Positions 19,983 through 27,082 of a stretch of DNA of 39,525 nt are shown in pieces; the stretch's first letter is position 1; each line of letters opens with the position of its first letter. Origin of the DNA: Minisyncoccia bacterium (GTDB taxonomy: Bacteria > Patescibacteriota > Minisyncoccia > Phycocordibacterales > DATDWN01); NCBI GenBank assembly GCA_049298975.1, contig JBAQWP010000095.1:1-39525 (forward strand), read 5' to 3'. The translations under genes and the position numbers were made by a program. The notes below the pieces were generated by a model. It was not told the DNA's origin, did no database searches, and saw only the letters and a list, made by a program, of their open reading frames with translations.

Positions 19983-20564
19983 TTATAACTGACTTTCTTT
20001 TAATGCCCTGTTAATTAGGGCAACAATTTTAATTTTATTATCCTGCCCTTGTTGTAATATTTCACTACTATAGTCATCATTTTTTAAAAAATCTGTCACT
20101 TCATTGTCATCACGAACATATCCCAACTCATACATTATTCGCAAAACACTTAAAACTTCAACGATATGAATATGATCTTTCGTGACCTCAGTTAGAAATT
20201 TGAAACTCTCAACCACTGTAGAATAAACTTCCTTATGTGGTTCTTCACCTTGAATCATTTTCAATAATACAGCAGCCATCTGGGCTAGAGTTTTTCTAGA
20301 GTGATTCGGGGCCTGAAAGAAAAAATTGCCGTTTTCAGATACATTGGTTAGGTGCCAGCCATTTTTTCCTTTTACAAAAGAAAAATCACCATGAGAGAAT
20401 TCTTCGATAAGTCCTTTTAATTTTGATTTAGAAGATCTAGTAGAACGAGCTGAAGCAATAATAAGACCCAGATCTTTAGTTAAAATATACAAGAACGAAT
20501 TTTGCTCTCCCGAATTTTTTTTCTTGAGAACAATACCCTTGGTTGTATACACTCTATAAGACAT
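19983..20564 (-). CDS. recO: DNA repair protein RecO (short form)
   Basis: N-terminal OB-like segment (YTTKGIVLKKKNSGEQNSFLYILTKDLGLI) and size/context typical of reduced genomes. Lower sequence certainty. Confidence 0.6.
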   Translation of the reverse strand: MSYRVYTTKGIVLKKKNSGEQNSFLYILTKDLGLIIASARSTRSSKSKLKGLIEEFSHGDFSFVKGKNGWHLTNVSENGNFFFQAPNHSRKTLAQMAAVLLKMIQGEEPHKEVYSTVVESFKFLTEVTKDHIHIVEVLSVLRIMYELGYVRDDNEVTDFLKNDDYSSEILQQGQDNKIKIVALINRALKESQL

Positions 20565-20565
20565 A

Positions 20566-23500
20566 CTAAAAATCTAGAGTAACTGAGGATGATTCAGCTC
20601 CAGTTTCAAAGTCATATTTTTGTGGATCATTAGAGTACACCGCTCGAACAACTCCGGTCGGAGACTTGATCATTTCGAAATATTTTTCTACTATTTTTCT
20701 CTGTTCTTCCGACAAGCAGAGTGTAATGTTTATATCTTGGCTAGGATTTAGTCCATCCTTCTTGCGAGCATCTTGAATCCCGCGAATAACATCTCGAGCT
20801 ACACCCTCTTCTTTTAGGTCTAATGTAAGTTCAGTATCCAACCAGATATCTGTTTCTAAAGTATCGGTTAGTACAACAGTTTTAACATTTATCTCATCTT
20901 TAATAATCTCAAGCATTTCTGTATTATCTTTCAACTTTTCACTTTTAACTTTTAACTCTTTCAGGGGCTGCCTAACCTTATGTCCTGACTTCTGCCTTAA
21001 CTCTAATGCTTTAGTAACAATCTCACGGACCACCTTCATGTCTTCTAGAATTTTATTATCTATACTCCCCACTTCTGGCCAATCACAAAGATGCACGCTT
21101 TCTGGGTCGCTCTCTACTCTAAGTTTCAGGTACATCCTGTCTGTGAAAAATGGTGTAAATGGAGCCATGTACTTCATAAGATTTAGCAAAACATATTTTG
21201 TAGTTGCTAGTGCTTCGTCTCTCTCCTTTTTATCCTCGGATTTTAGTCTCTCTCGAGATCGTCTTATATACCAAGTCGAAAAATCATTTACGAAATCCCT
21301 TATTGACCTTGTCGCCTCGAATACTTTGTATCTGTCTAAATTTTCCGTTCCGGTGGATATGAGCTCATTTAGTTTCGAAATCACCCATTTATCGAGCACA
21401 TTTTGGCTAGCATCGTGAGCTTCAACATTTTCATCCTTGTAGAGTTCATACAAGGCCAAGATATTGTCTAGTGGATTAAAAACTTTCTTAACTATTTCAT
21501 CTACATTTTTCTCGTCAAAGTTTTTCGAATCCCCAGGTTGATTAACCGAAAACATCCAAAACCTCAAAGTATCTACTCCGTGTTTATCCATCATGATCCA
21601 TGGATCAACAACATTCCCAACTGACTTTGACATCTTCTTGCCTTGACTATCGAGTATATGCCCAAGACATATTACATTTTTAAATGAATTACCTTTACCC
21701 ATTAGTACGCCTATAGCATGTAGCGTATAGAACCATCCTCGAGTCTGATCGATTGCTTCGGAAATATAATCTGCTGGATACAAAATTTCTTTTGTAGAAA
21801 ACGGGTAGTTGTCCTGAGCAAACGGCATCGCACCTGAGTCAAACCAAACATCCATAACCTCTTTTGTTCTGGTTAACTCTTCCCCGTTTTCATCCACCAA
21901 AACAACCTTGTCTATATACGGTCTGTGTAAGTCTAGCTCGTAATTTTCGTTATGTGGAAGTGGAACAAAATTCAGCTCACGTATTTCAGAATTTTTGAGC
22001 GACTCAAGATATTTATTCTTAAGCTCCTCGAACGAGTTTCCTTCCGCGACAAATGAAAGTGCTCTTCCTGTACCAGAATGACTAACTAACATTATTTTCT
22101 TACCTTGGTACTTCGAATCTATTTCATAAAGAAACTCGCCAGCTCTTCTTACTGTTTCCGCAAAACTCTCACCGTCATTAAACTTTTTTGTTGGAGCTTT
22201 CAAATAATCGATGTCATAGAATTTAAGTATTTCTCTTCCCTTACCTTCGAATTCCGAGGCTATCTCCCACTCATGTAACCTGTCATCAAAAATGACCTTA
22301 TCAAAATCAAAACCGTTTTTTTCACAAAATATTTTCGCCGTCTGTTTTGATCTCTCGTATGGAGAACAAAATACCAAGTCTACTTTTTCTTTAAAATTCT
22401 CAGAACTTTCCTCTACTTGTTTTCTGCCATTTTCGGTAAGATTTAATTTGTCATCGTTAGTTAGAATTATTTTGTCACTAACATTGTTTTCCGCCTGACC
22501 GTGTCGCATGACAAAGAATTTATTTCCAGACTTTTTGGTGTGTTTCTTGAGCTCGTCTATTCCACCGATTACTTTGTACTTGCCGTCTTTGTTAATCCAG
22601 ACTGGTAGTGGTGTTCCCCAATACCTCTCTCGACTTATTGCCCAGTCCTTGATTTCTCTAAGCCATTCACCAAAACGCCCCTCCTTTATATATGATGGCT
22701 CCCAATTTATGTTTTCATTCTCTGAAACAAGCTTGTCTCGAAGCGTGGACATGGCGATGTACCATGAGTCCCTTGCATAGTAGATAAGCGGAGTTTTACA
22801 TCTCCAACAGTGTGGGTATGAGTGCTCATACTTTTCCTTTTTGAAAAGCAACCCTCTATGAGCCAAATCCTTTATCACATCCACAGCAACTTCTTCATCT
22901 TTTACAAACCTACCACTAAGAAAGTCCATATCATCCAAGAAATTTCCATCCTCTTTTACCAAATGATGCTTGGGCAAACCTATCTTTGTTCCCAAAACAA
23001 AGTCGTCTTGTCCGTACATAACAGCAGTGTGCACAATGCCTATTCCATCAACGGTTGTGACAAAATCAGCAATATAAACTTTGTACGCTTTTTGAAAAGC
23101 TTCTGGGGATTTATCACCAAACTTTTCTTTCATGAAAGGATAAAGTGGTTCGTATTCCATTCCAGACATTTCACTTCCCTTATGCTCTGCAACAATCTCG
23201 TACTCAACGCCTAGTACTGAAAGTCTCTCTTTTGCTAAAACTAATATTTCTTCACCCTTATCGGTCTTAACTTTTGCTTCTACGTAAACAATATTTTCTC
23301 CGACTGCCAAGGCTACATTTCCTGGAAGTGTCCAAGGGGTTGTGGTCCAAGCAAGAAAGTAACCATTGTCAGTTCCTTTTATTTTAAATTTTGCGGTAAC
23401 CGACAAATCCTTATCATCCTGATATCCTTGAGCAAGTTCGTGTGATGAAAGTGCGGTTCCACATCGAGGACACCAAGGAAGGACTTTGTAGTCCTTATAC

Positions 23501-24009
23501 AAAAGTTTTTTATCCTCAACAGTTTTAAGCACATTCCAAACAGATTCTATGTATGAGTTGTGATATGTAACGTATGGATTTTCTTTATCCACCCAGTAAC
23601 CTATTCTCTCTGTGAATTTGCTCCACAAATCCACATACTCCCAAACACTTTCTTTACATTTTTTATTGAACTCCTCTATACCATAACTCTCAACTTCTTT
23701 TTTACTCTTTAATCCCAAAGCCTTCTCCACCTGTATCTCAACTGGTAGTCCATGTGTATCCCAACCGCCCTTTCTTCGAACATGGAAACCCTGCATAGTT
23801 TTATAACGAGGAATTATATCCTTGAAAGATCGAGCTTCTATGTGGTGTATACCTGGTTTCCCGTTTGCTGTTGGAGGGCCTTCGTAAAACACAAATTCAC
23901 CCTTTGTAGATTTTTTATTCAAGGTTTTCTTAAAAATTTCTTGTTTATTCCAAAACTCGAGAGTTGCCTCCTCGTTTAAAGCTATTTGTGATTTTTTAAC
24001 GTCCTCCAT
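20566..24009 (-). CDS. ileS: Isoleucyl-tRNA synthetase carrying an internal histidine-phosphatase (PGAM-like) domain
   Basis: Class I motifs (PTANGKPGIHH, KMSKSVGN) and the editing-domain block (TTTPWTLPGN). Residues about 496-685 read FFVMRHGQAENN...LTENGRKQ...SPYERSKQTA...VSHSG. Confidence 0.95.
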   Translation of the reverse strand: MEDVKKSQIALNEEATLEFWNKQEIFKKTLNKKSTKGEFVFYEGPPTANGKPGIHHIEARSFKDIIPRYKTMQGFHVRRKGGWDTHGLPVEIQVEKALGLKSKKEVESYGIEEFNKKCKESVWEYVDLWSKFTERIGYWVDKENPYVTYHNSYIESVWNVLKTVEDKKLLYKDYKVLPWCPRCGTALSSHELAQGYQDDKDLSVTAKFKIKGTDNGYFLAWTTTPWTLPGNVALAVGENIVYVEAKVKTDKGEEILVLAKERLSVLGVEYEIVAEHKGSEMSGMEYEPLYPFMKEKFGDKSPEAFQKAYKVYIADFVTTVDGIGIVHTAVMYGQDDFVLGTKIGLPKHHLVKEDGNFLDDMDFLSGRFVKDEEVAVDVIKDLAHRGLLFKKEKYEHSYPHCWRCKTPLIYYARDSWYIAMSTLRDKLVSENENINWEPSYIKEGRFGEWLREIKDWAISRERYWGTPLPVWINKDGKYKVIGGIDELKKHTKKSGNKFFVMRHGQAENNVSDKIILTNDDKLNLTENGRKQVEESSENFKEKVDLVFCSPYERSKQTAKIFCEKNGFDFDKVIFDDRLHEWEIASEFEGKGREILKFYDIDYLKAPTKKFNDGESFAETVRRAGEFLYEIDSKYQGKKIMLVSHSGTGRALSFVAEGNSFEELKNKYLESLKNSEIRELNFVPLPHNENYELDLHRPYIDKVVLVDENGEELTRTKEVMDVWFDSGAMPFAQDNYPFSTKEILYPADYISEAIDQTRGWFYTLHAIGVLMGKGNSFKNVICLGHILDSQGKKMSKSVGNVVDPWIMMDKHGVDTLRFWMFSVNQPGDSKNFDEKNVDEIVKKVFNPLDNILALYELYKDENVEAHDASQNVLDKWVISKLNELISTGTENLDRYKVFEATRSIRDFVNDFSTWYIRRSRERLKSEDKKERDEALATTKYVLLNLMKYMAPFTPFFTDRMYLKLRVESDPESVHLCDWPEVGSIDNKILEDMKVVREIVTKALELRQKSGHKVRQPLKELKVKSEKLKDNTEMLEIIKDEINVKTVVLTDTLETDIWLDTELTLDLKEEGVARDVIRGIQDARKKDGLNPSQDINITLCLSEEQRKIVEKYFEMIKSPTGVVRAVYSNDPQKYDFETGAESSSVTLDF

Positions 24010-24039
24010 TTTTATTTTATAAATTTGTAATTTGTTATT

Positions 24040-24215
24040 TCGAATTTAAAAAACTCGTCTTCATGCAGAATAACTTCTGCACAAGGACGAGTTTTTCTCG
24101 TGGTACCACCTTGTTTATCCTGCATAGCTTTAGCGACGCAGGGCTCATTACTGCTATAACGGGCTTACCCGCCCAGTTCTACTCGCCAACAATATTGTCG
24201 ACTTTCTTCCAGGTA
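24040..24215 (-). promoter_or_regulatory. T-box riboswitch leader of ileS
   Basis: Minus strand has aacaaGGUGGUACCACGag (24117..24100), one mismatch to the GGUGGUACCGCG T-box core. It is followed by the terminator aaaaactcgtc...gacgagtttttt (24098..24051) and overlaps an alternative antiterminator pairing. The specifier codon is not identified. Confidence 0.65.
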
Positions 24216-24227
24216 GCTCGGGGGTGA

Positions 24228-25262
24228 TTAGTCCCCTCTTACGCTTACTTTCAGAATACCAGAAAAAAACTTTTGCTTCAATCCCCAAGTACTCCCATGA
24301 CTAAGTAATCCCAAGTATGACTGAACTATTTCTCTGCTTGGATTATCTTGCAGTTTCTTCTTCATCCTCCTCTTTGTACTCGTCCTTAGTACTCTGTGAT
24401 ATGGAAAATGTACAAATCCAAGAAAATCTGCTCCTGAAGAGAGTGTTTCGATTGTGACTTTATTTGGGTGAAGTTTAAGTTTCAAATTGTTTTTTAGATA
24501 TATTGCGATATATCGCAATATATTAGTGAGATAGTTTTTATCTTGGGAAAGGACGACGAAATCATCTGCATATCGAATATAGTGTTTTAGTTTCAGCTCT
24601 TGTTTTACATATTGGTCAAACTCATTCATGTAGATGTTTACTAGGAGTTGGGAGGTGAGGTTGCCTAGGGGTAAACCTTTCATATCATGCGATATATCGC
24701 ATGATATGAAATTGGGATTAGTAGTATTAAAGCTTGAGATGACCTGGCTCAGTAACCAGAGAGTGTCGGGGTCTAGGTTGTGATACTTCAGGATGCTGAG
24801 TAGTACTTCGTGATTAATACTTGCAAAGAACTTCCTTACATCACACTTTAGTACCCAACATTGTTTTGTATTGTTTTGACTTACCCTTCTGCCAAAGTCT
24901 CTAAACCTGTTCATGGCACTGTGTGTTCCTTTCCACTTTCTGCATGAGTAGGAGTCGTAGATGAACTTCTTGTCGAAGTGTGGGTAGAGCACTCTGTAGA
25001 TAGCGTGATGAAACAGTCTGTCTCGAACTGTTGCTTTGTGAATGTTTCTTGGTTTTGGGTCGGAGATGTTGAATGCGTGGTAGGGGCCATGGGTGTAGGT
25101 TTTATTTTTCAAATCTTGGTGAAGGTTGTAAACATTTTCTGAAAGGTTTAAAGAAAACTCCATTACATCCTTTTTATGTTTCTTGCCTTTTTCAAACTCT
25201 TCCCAAGCTGAAAATAGGTTTTCAAGCGATACTATTTCTTTGAAAAAATCTTTCTGTTTCAT
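24228..25262 (-). CDS. DGR-type reverse transcriptase
   Basis: 344 aa. The catalytic YADD is encoded at 24561..24572. Motif 4 LGNLTSQ (24648..24668) fits the DGR-specific [ILV]GxxxSQ signature. There is no maturase or endonuclease extension. Confidence 0.9.
   Translation of the reverse strand: MKQKDFFKEIVSLENLFSAWEEFEKGKKHKKDVMEFSLNLSENVYNLHQDLKNKTYTHGPYHAFNISDPKPRNIHKATVRDRLFHHAIYRVLYPHFDKKFIYDSYSCRKWKGTHSAMNRFRDFGRRVSQNNTKQCWVLKCDVRKFFASINHEVLLSILKYHNLDPDTLWLLSQVISSFNTTNPNFISCDISHDMKGLPLGNLTSQLLVNIYMNEFDQYVKQELKLKHYIRYADDFVVLSQDKNYLTNILRYIAIYLKNNLKLKLHPNKVTIETLSSGADFLGFVHFPYHRVLRTSTKRRMKKKLQDNPSREIVQSYLGLLSHGSTWGLKQKFFSGILKVSVRGD
24498..24523. repeat. 26-bp perfect palindrome inside the RT gene
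   Basis: atatattgcgata|tatcgcaatatat; shares the core tgcgatatatcgca with the second palindrome. Confidence 0.9.
24678..24711. repeat. 34-bp perfect palindrome inside the RT gene
   Basis: tttcatatcatgcgata|tatcgcatgatatgaaa; encodes ..FISCDISHDMK.. immediately N-terminal to RT motif 4. Confidence 0.9.
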
Positions 25263-25268
25263 GTTAAA

Positions 25269-25682
25269 ATGCTAACTAAATTAAAACACAAAATAACTAT
25301 GAATGTATCCCCCCCCCGAGAAGCACCTAGGGTTTTAGTAAAAGAGAAAGAGGTATACAAATACTGGGTTACACTCCATAGAGACTTTCCAAAAGTAGAA
25401 AGGTTTGGAATAGGTCAAAAAATTGAGCAAAGTTTTTTGGATTTACTTGAGCTTACTTTTACATCCGTGTATCTTTCGCCAGAACAAAAAATAGTCTTAC
25501 TTGGTAGAACTATTGCAAAAATGGATAACTTAAAATTTTTCATGCAACTAGCTTGGGAAGCCAAACTCATACCAACAGATAAATTTGCAAAGATTTCTCT
25601 GGACTTGGAAGAAATAGGGAGAATGCTGGGTGGATGGAGAAAGGGATTACTAGAGAAAATACAAAAAACTCCGACCGCCTAG
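25269..25682 (+). CDS. avd: Avd-like accessory variability determinant (four-helix-bundle / 23S rRNA intervening-sequence protein family)
   Basis: FPKVERFGIGQKIEQS helix-1/2 motif and C-terminal EEIGRMLGGWRKGL (compare the Bordetella phage Avd EVGRILGSWI motif). The alternative start is 25299. A C9 tract lies at 25309..25317. Confidence 0.8.
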   Translation: MLTKLKHKITMNVSPPREAPRVLVKEKEVYKYWVTLHRDFPKVERFGIGQKIEQSFLDLLELTFTSVYLSPEQKIVLLGRTIAKMDNLKFFMQLAWEAKLIPTDKFAKISLDLEEIGRMLGGWRKGLLEKIQKTPTA

Positions 25683-25698
25683 CCGGAGAAAAATTAGA

Positions 25699-25816
25699 GT
25701 TTCGGGATCACGATGCGATGACGATACTTGCCATTCCAGACGTTCGAGTTCGAGAACCGGTTGACGTTGACGTTCAGATCACGATCATCGACATTCACGT
25801 TCGCAACGAAGATTTT
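25699..25816 (-). repeat. DGR template repeat (TR), noncoding
   Basis: 118 bp aligning without gaps to 26164..26281 (offset 465). 98 positions are identical; all 20 mismatches are T on the + strand, which is A on the minus strand, in this copy. In the target frame it carries six AAC codons at variable positions. Confidence 0.92.
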
Positions 25817-26081
25817 GTGTGATAGTCCCTCCTTGCCACCACCTCTCGAAAAATATCTCGAGGTTGAATTTTACTTGGGACATACAAGTCCACCAGACTA
25901 CCACACCAACTATTTATTTTTTTATTTTATGAAAAAATATCTCCACTCTTTTGCAAGGCAAATCTGAACGCAACCCGACAAAACTCTTGAAAACATTCTC
26001 ATACACCATATTACTGAAGCCTTAACCGCAGTAAACATATGAATGCATCTTAAATTTTATATAATTTTTTACAAAACAAAA

Positions 26082-26122
26082 GCCCTCTGGCACCGACGCG
26101 CGTTGCGTAAGTGTCAGAGGGC
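26082..26122 (-). terminator. GC-rich hairpin plus U-run 3' of the target gene (terminator and/or DGR target-recognition hairpin)
   Basis: gccctctggcac (26082..26093) pairs with gtgtcagagggc (26111..26122): 12 bp with one G-U. It is followed on the minus strand by ttttgttttgt and lies about 40 nt 3' of the VR end. Confidence 0.6.
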
Positions 26123-26152
26123 CAAGGGAACAAAGGGACAGAGCGCCTAGTT

Positions 26153-26806
26153 TCAGGCGGTCTGTTGCGGGACCACGAAGCGATGACGATACCTGCCAAG
26201 CCAGACGAACGAGCGCGAGAACCGGTCGACGTAGACGTACAGATCACGAACAACGACAATCACGCGCGCAACGAAGAGGTTCGAGAGGTCGGGTAGCACA
26301 TTCGGTCCGACCTTGAAAATGAAGAATGTGCCAAATCCCTCCGTACGGAGCTTGTCGCGATGGTCTTCGCAGAACGCGATGACCTGCTTTTGGGTCAAGA
26401 CAAGCTCCGCGATCGGCCTCCCGACCGATTCAAAGATGGTCTGAAAGTTTCCGTTCTGGACCATCTCATGGATCTCGACGATCTGCTTGGGCGTCGTCGT
26501 TTCGTCGAGTTCATCCGTACCCCACGCAACGAAATCGGAGTCGATGTGGCCTGAGAAAACACGGTCTGCGTGAGCAATCGTGCCAGCCCCAGCCAGACGA
26601 CGGATGCTGATCACTTCACCCTCGTACAGACGATGGAGTACACTCTTCATTTTCGGCGCATCGGCTTGGCCTTCGAGCCACGCCTTGATAAGACGCGAGC
26701 GCCCTTCCTCGCCCAGCATGTTGACCTGCTCAGCTGTCAGCCCGTCATCTGCGAACTTGCCGAAAACAAATATCATCTGCTCGATCGAATACGGAAGTGG
26801 AGACAT
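26153..26806 (-). CDS. DGR target protein (217 aa, high GC, no signal peptide, no recognisable C-type lectin motif) with C-terminal variable region
   Basis: The ORF track has 26153..26827 with a GTG start. ATG at 26806 is preferred because of aaaggatggggacgATG (SD plus 8 nt). The VR covers the last roughly 40 codons. Confidence 0.85.
   Translation of the reverse strand: MSPLPYSIEQMIFVFGKFADDGLTAEQVNMLGEEGRSRLIKAWLEGQADAPKMKSVLHRLYEGEVISIRRLAGAGTIAHADRVFSGHIDSDFVAWGTDELDETTTPKQIVEIHEMVQNGNFQTIFESVGRPIAELVLTQKQVIAFCEDHRDKLRTEGFGTFFIFKVGPNVLPDLSNLFVARVIVVVRDLYVYVDRFSRSFVWLGRYRHRFVVPQQTA
26164..26281 (-). repeat. DGR variable repeat (VR)
   Basis: Counterpart of the TR. Encodes ...NLFVARVIVVVRDLYVYVDRFSRSFVWLGRYRHRFVVPQ; the TR frame reads ...KIFVANVNVDDRDLNVNVNRFSNSNVWNGKYRHRIVIPK. 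Confidence 0.92.
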
Positions 26807-26971
26807 CGTCCCCATCCTTTCAGGCACATCGTGCCATTGCTGGCTCAGCGTTATGCTTTGCCACAGCAGAGAAAATCCTCAAAATTGTTACCTTTAGGGC
26901 ACTTTCTGCTATAGCAAAACCCAGACAAACCACTATTTCTCATAAAAATTCAAAGATCAAATTACACAATA

Positions 26972-27000
26972 ATTATATACCTATGTACAGCTTTTGTCAA
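26972..27000 (-). promoter_or_regulatory. Consensus sigma70 promoter driving the DGR target gene
   Basis: Minus strand: TTGACA (27000..26995), exactly 17 nt spacer, TATAAT (26977..26972). It sits about 165 nt upstream of the start codon. Confidence 0.6.
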
Positions 27001-27082
27001 ATCCGATTATTTTGATATTAGATAATTAGAAATTAGAAATTTTTTAGAGTTTTTTTACAACTTGTAATTTACCAACTACTCA

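Larger units (their letters stand above)
24228..27000 (-). other. Diversity-generating retroelement (DGR) cassette: promoter, target/VR, hairpin, TR, avd (inverted), RT
   Basis: See the component features. TR and VR show adenine-specific mismatches, and the RT and Avd hallmarks are present. Confidence 0.9.

Noticed and set aside
896-23979. Numerous 60-170-aa ORFs antisense to large genes (for example 896..1084, 1154..1468, 5905..6417, 6616..7077, 8315..8578, 21038..21418, 22822..23214)
   Set aside because: Each lies entirely within a confidently identified gene on the other strand. Their low-complexity translations are typical of shadow ORFs.
24228-25262. The RT as a group II intron maturase or a retron RT
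   Set aside because: It has no X/maturase or endonuclease domain. I found no intron domain V-like RNA and no msr/msd-like inverted repeats. It has the DGR-type LGNLTSQ motif plus an adjacent TR/VR pair and avd.
25634-26296. The + strand ORFs 25634..25822 and 26111..26296, which encode similar peptides (..RDH.AMTI.A.PD.R.REPVDVDVQIT..)
   Set aside because: They are the antisense read-through of the TR and VR. Their similarity simply reflects the repeat. The mismatch pattern and the AAC codons fix the functional strand as minus.
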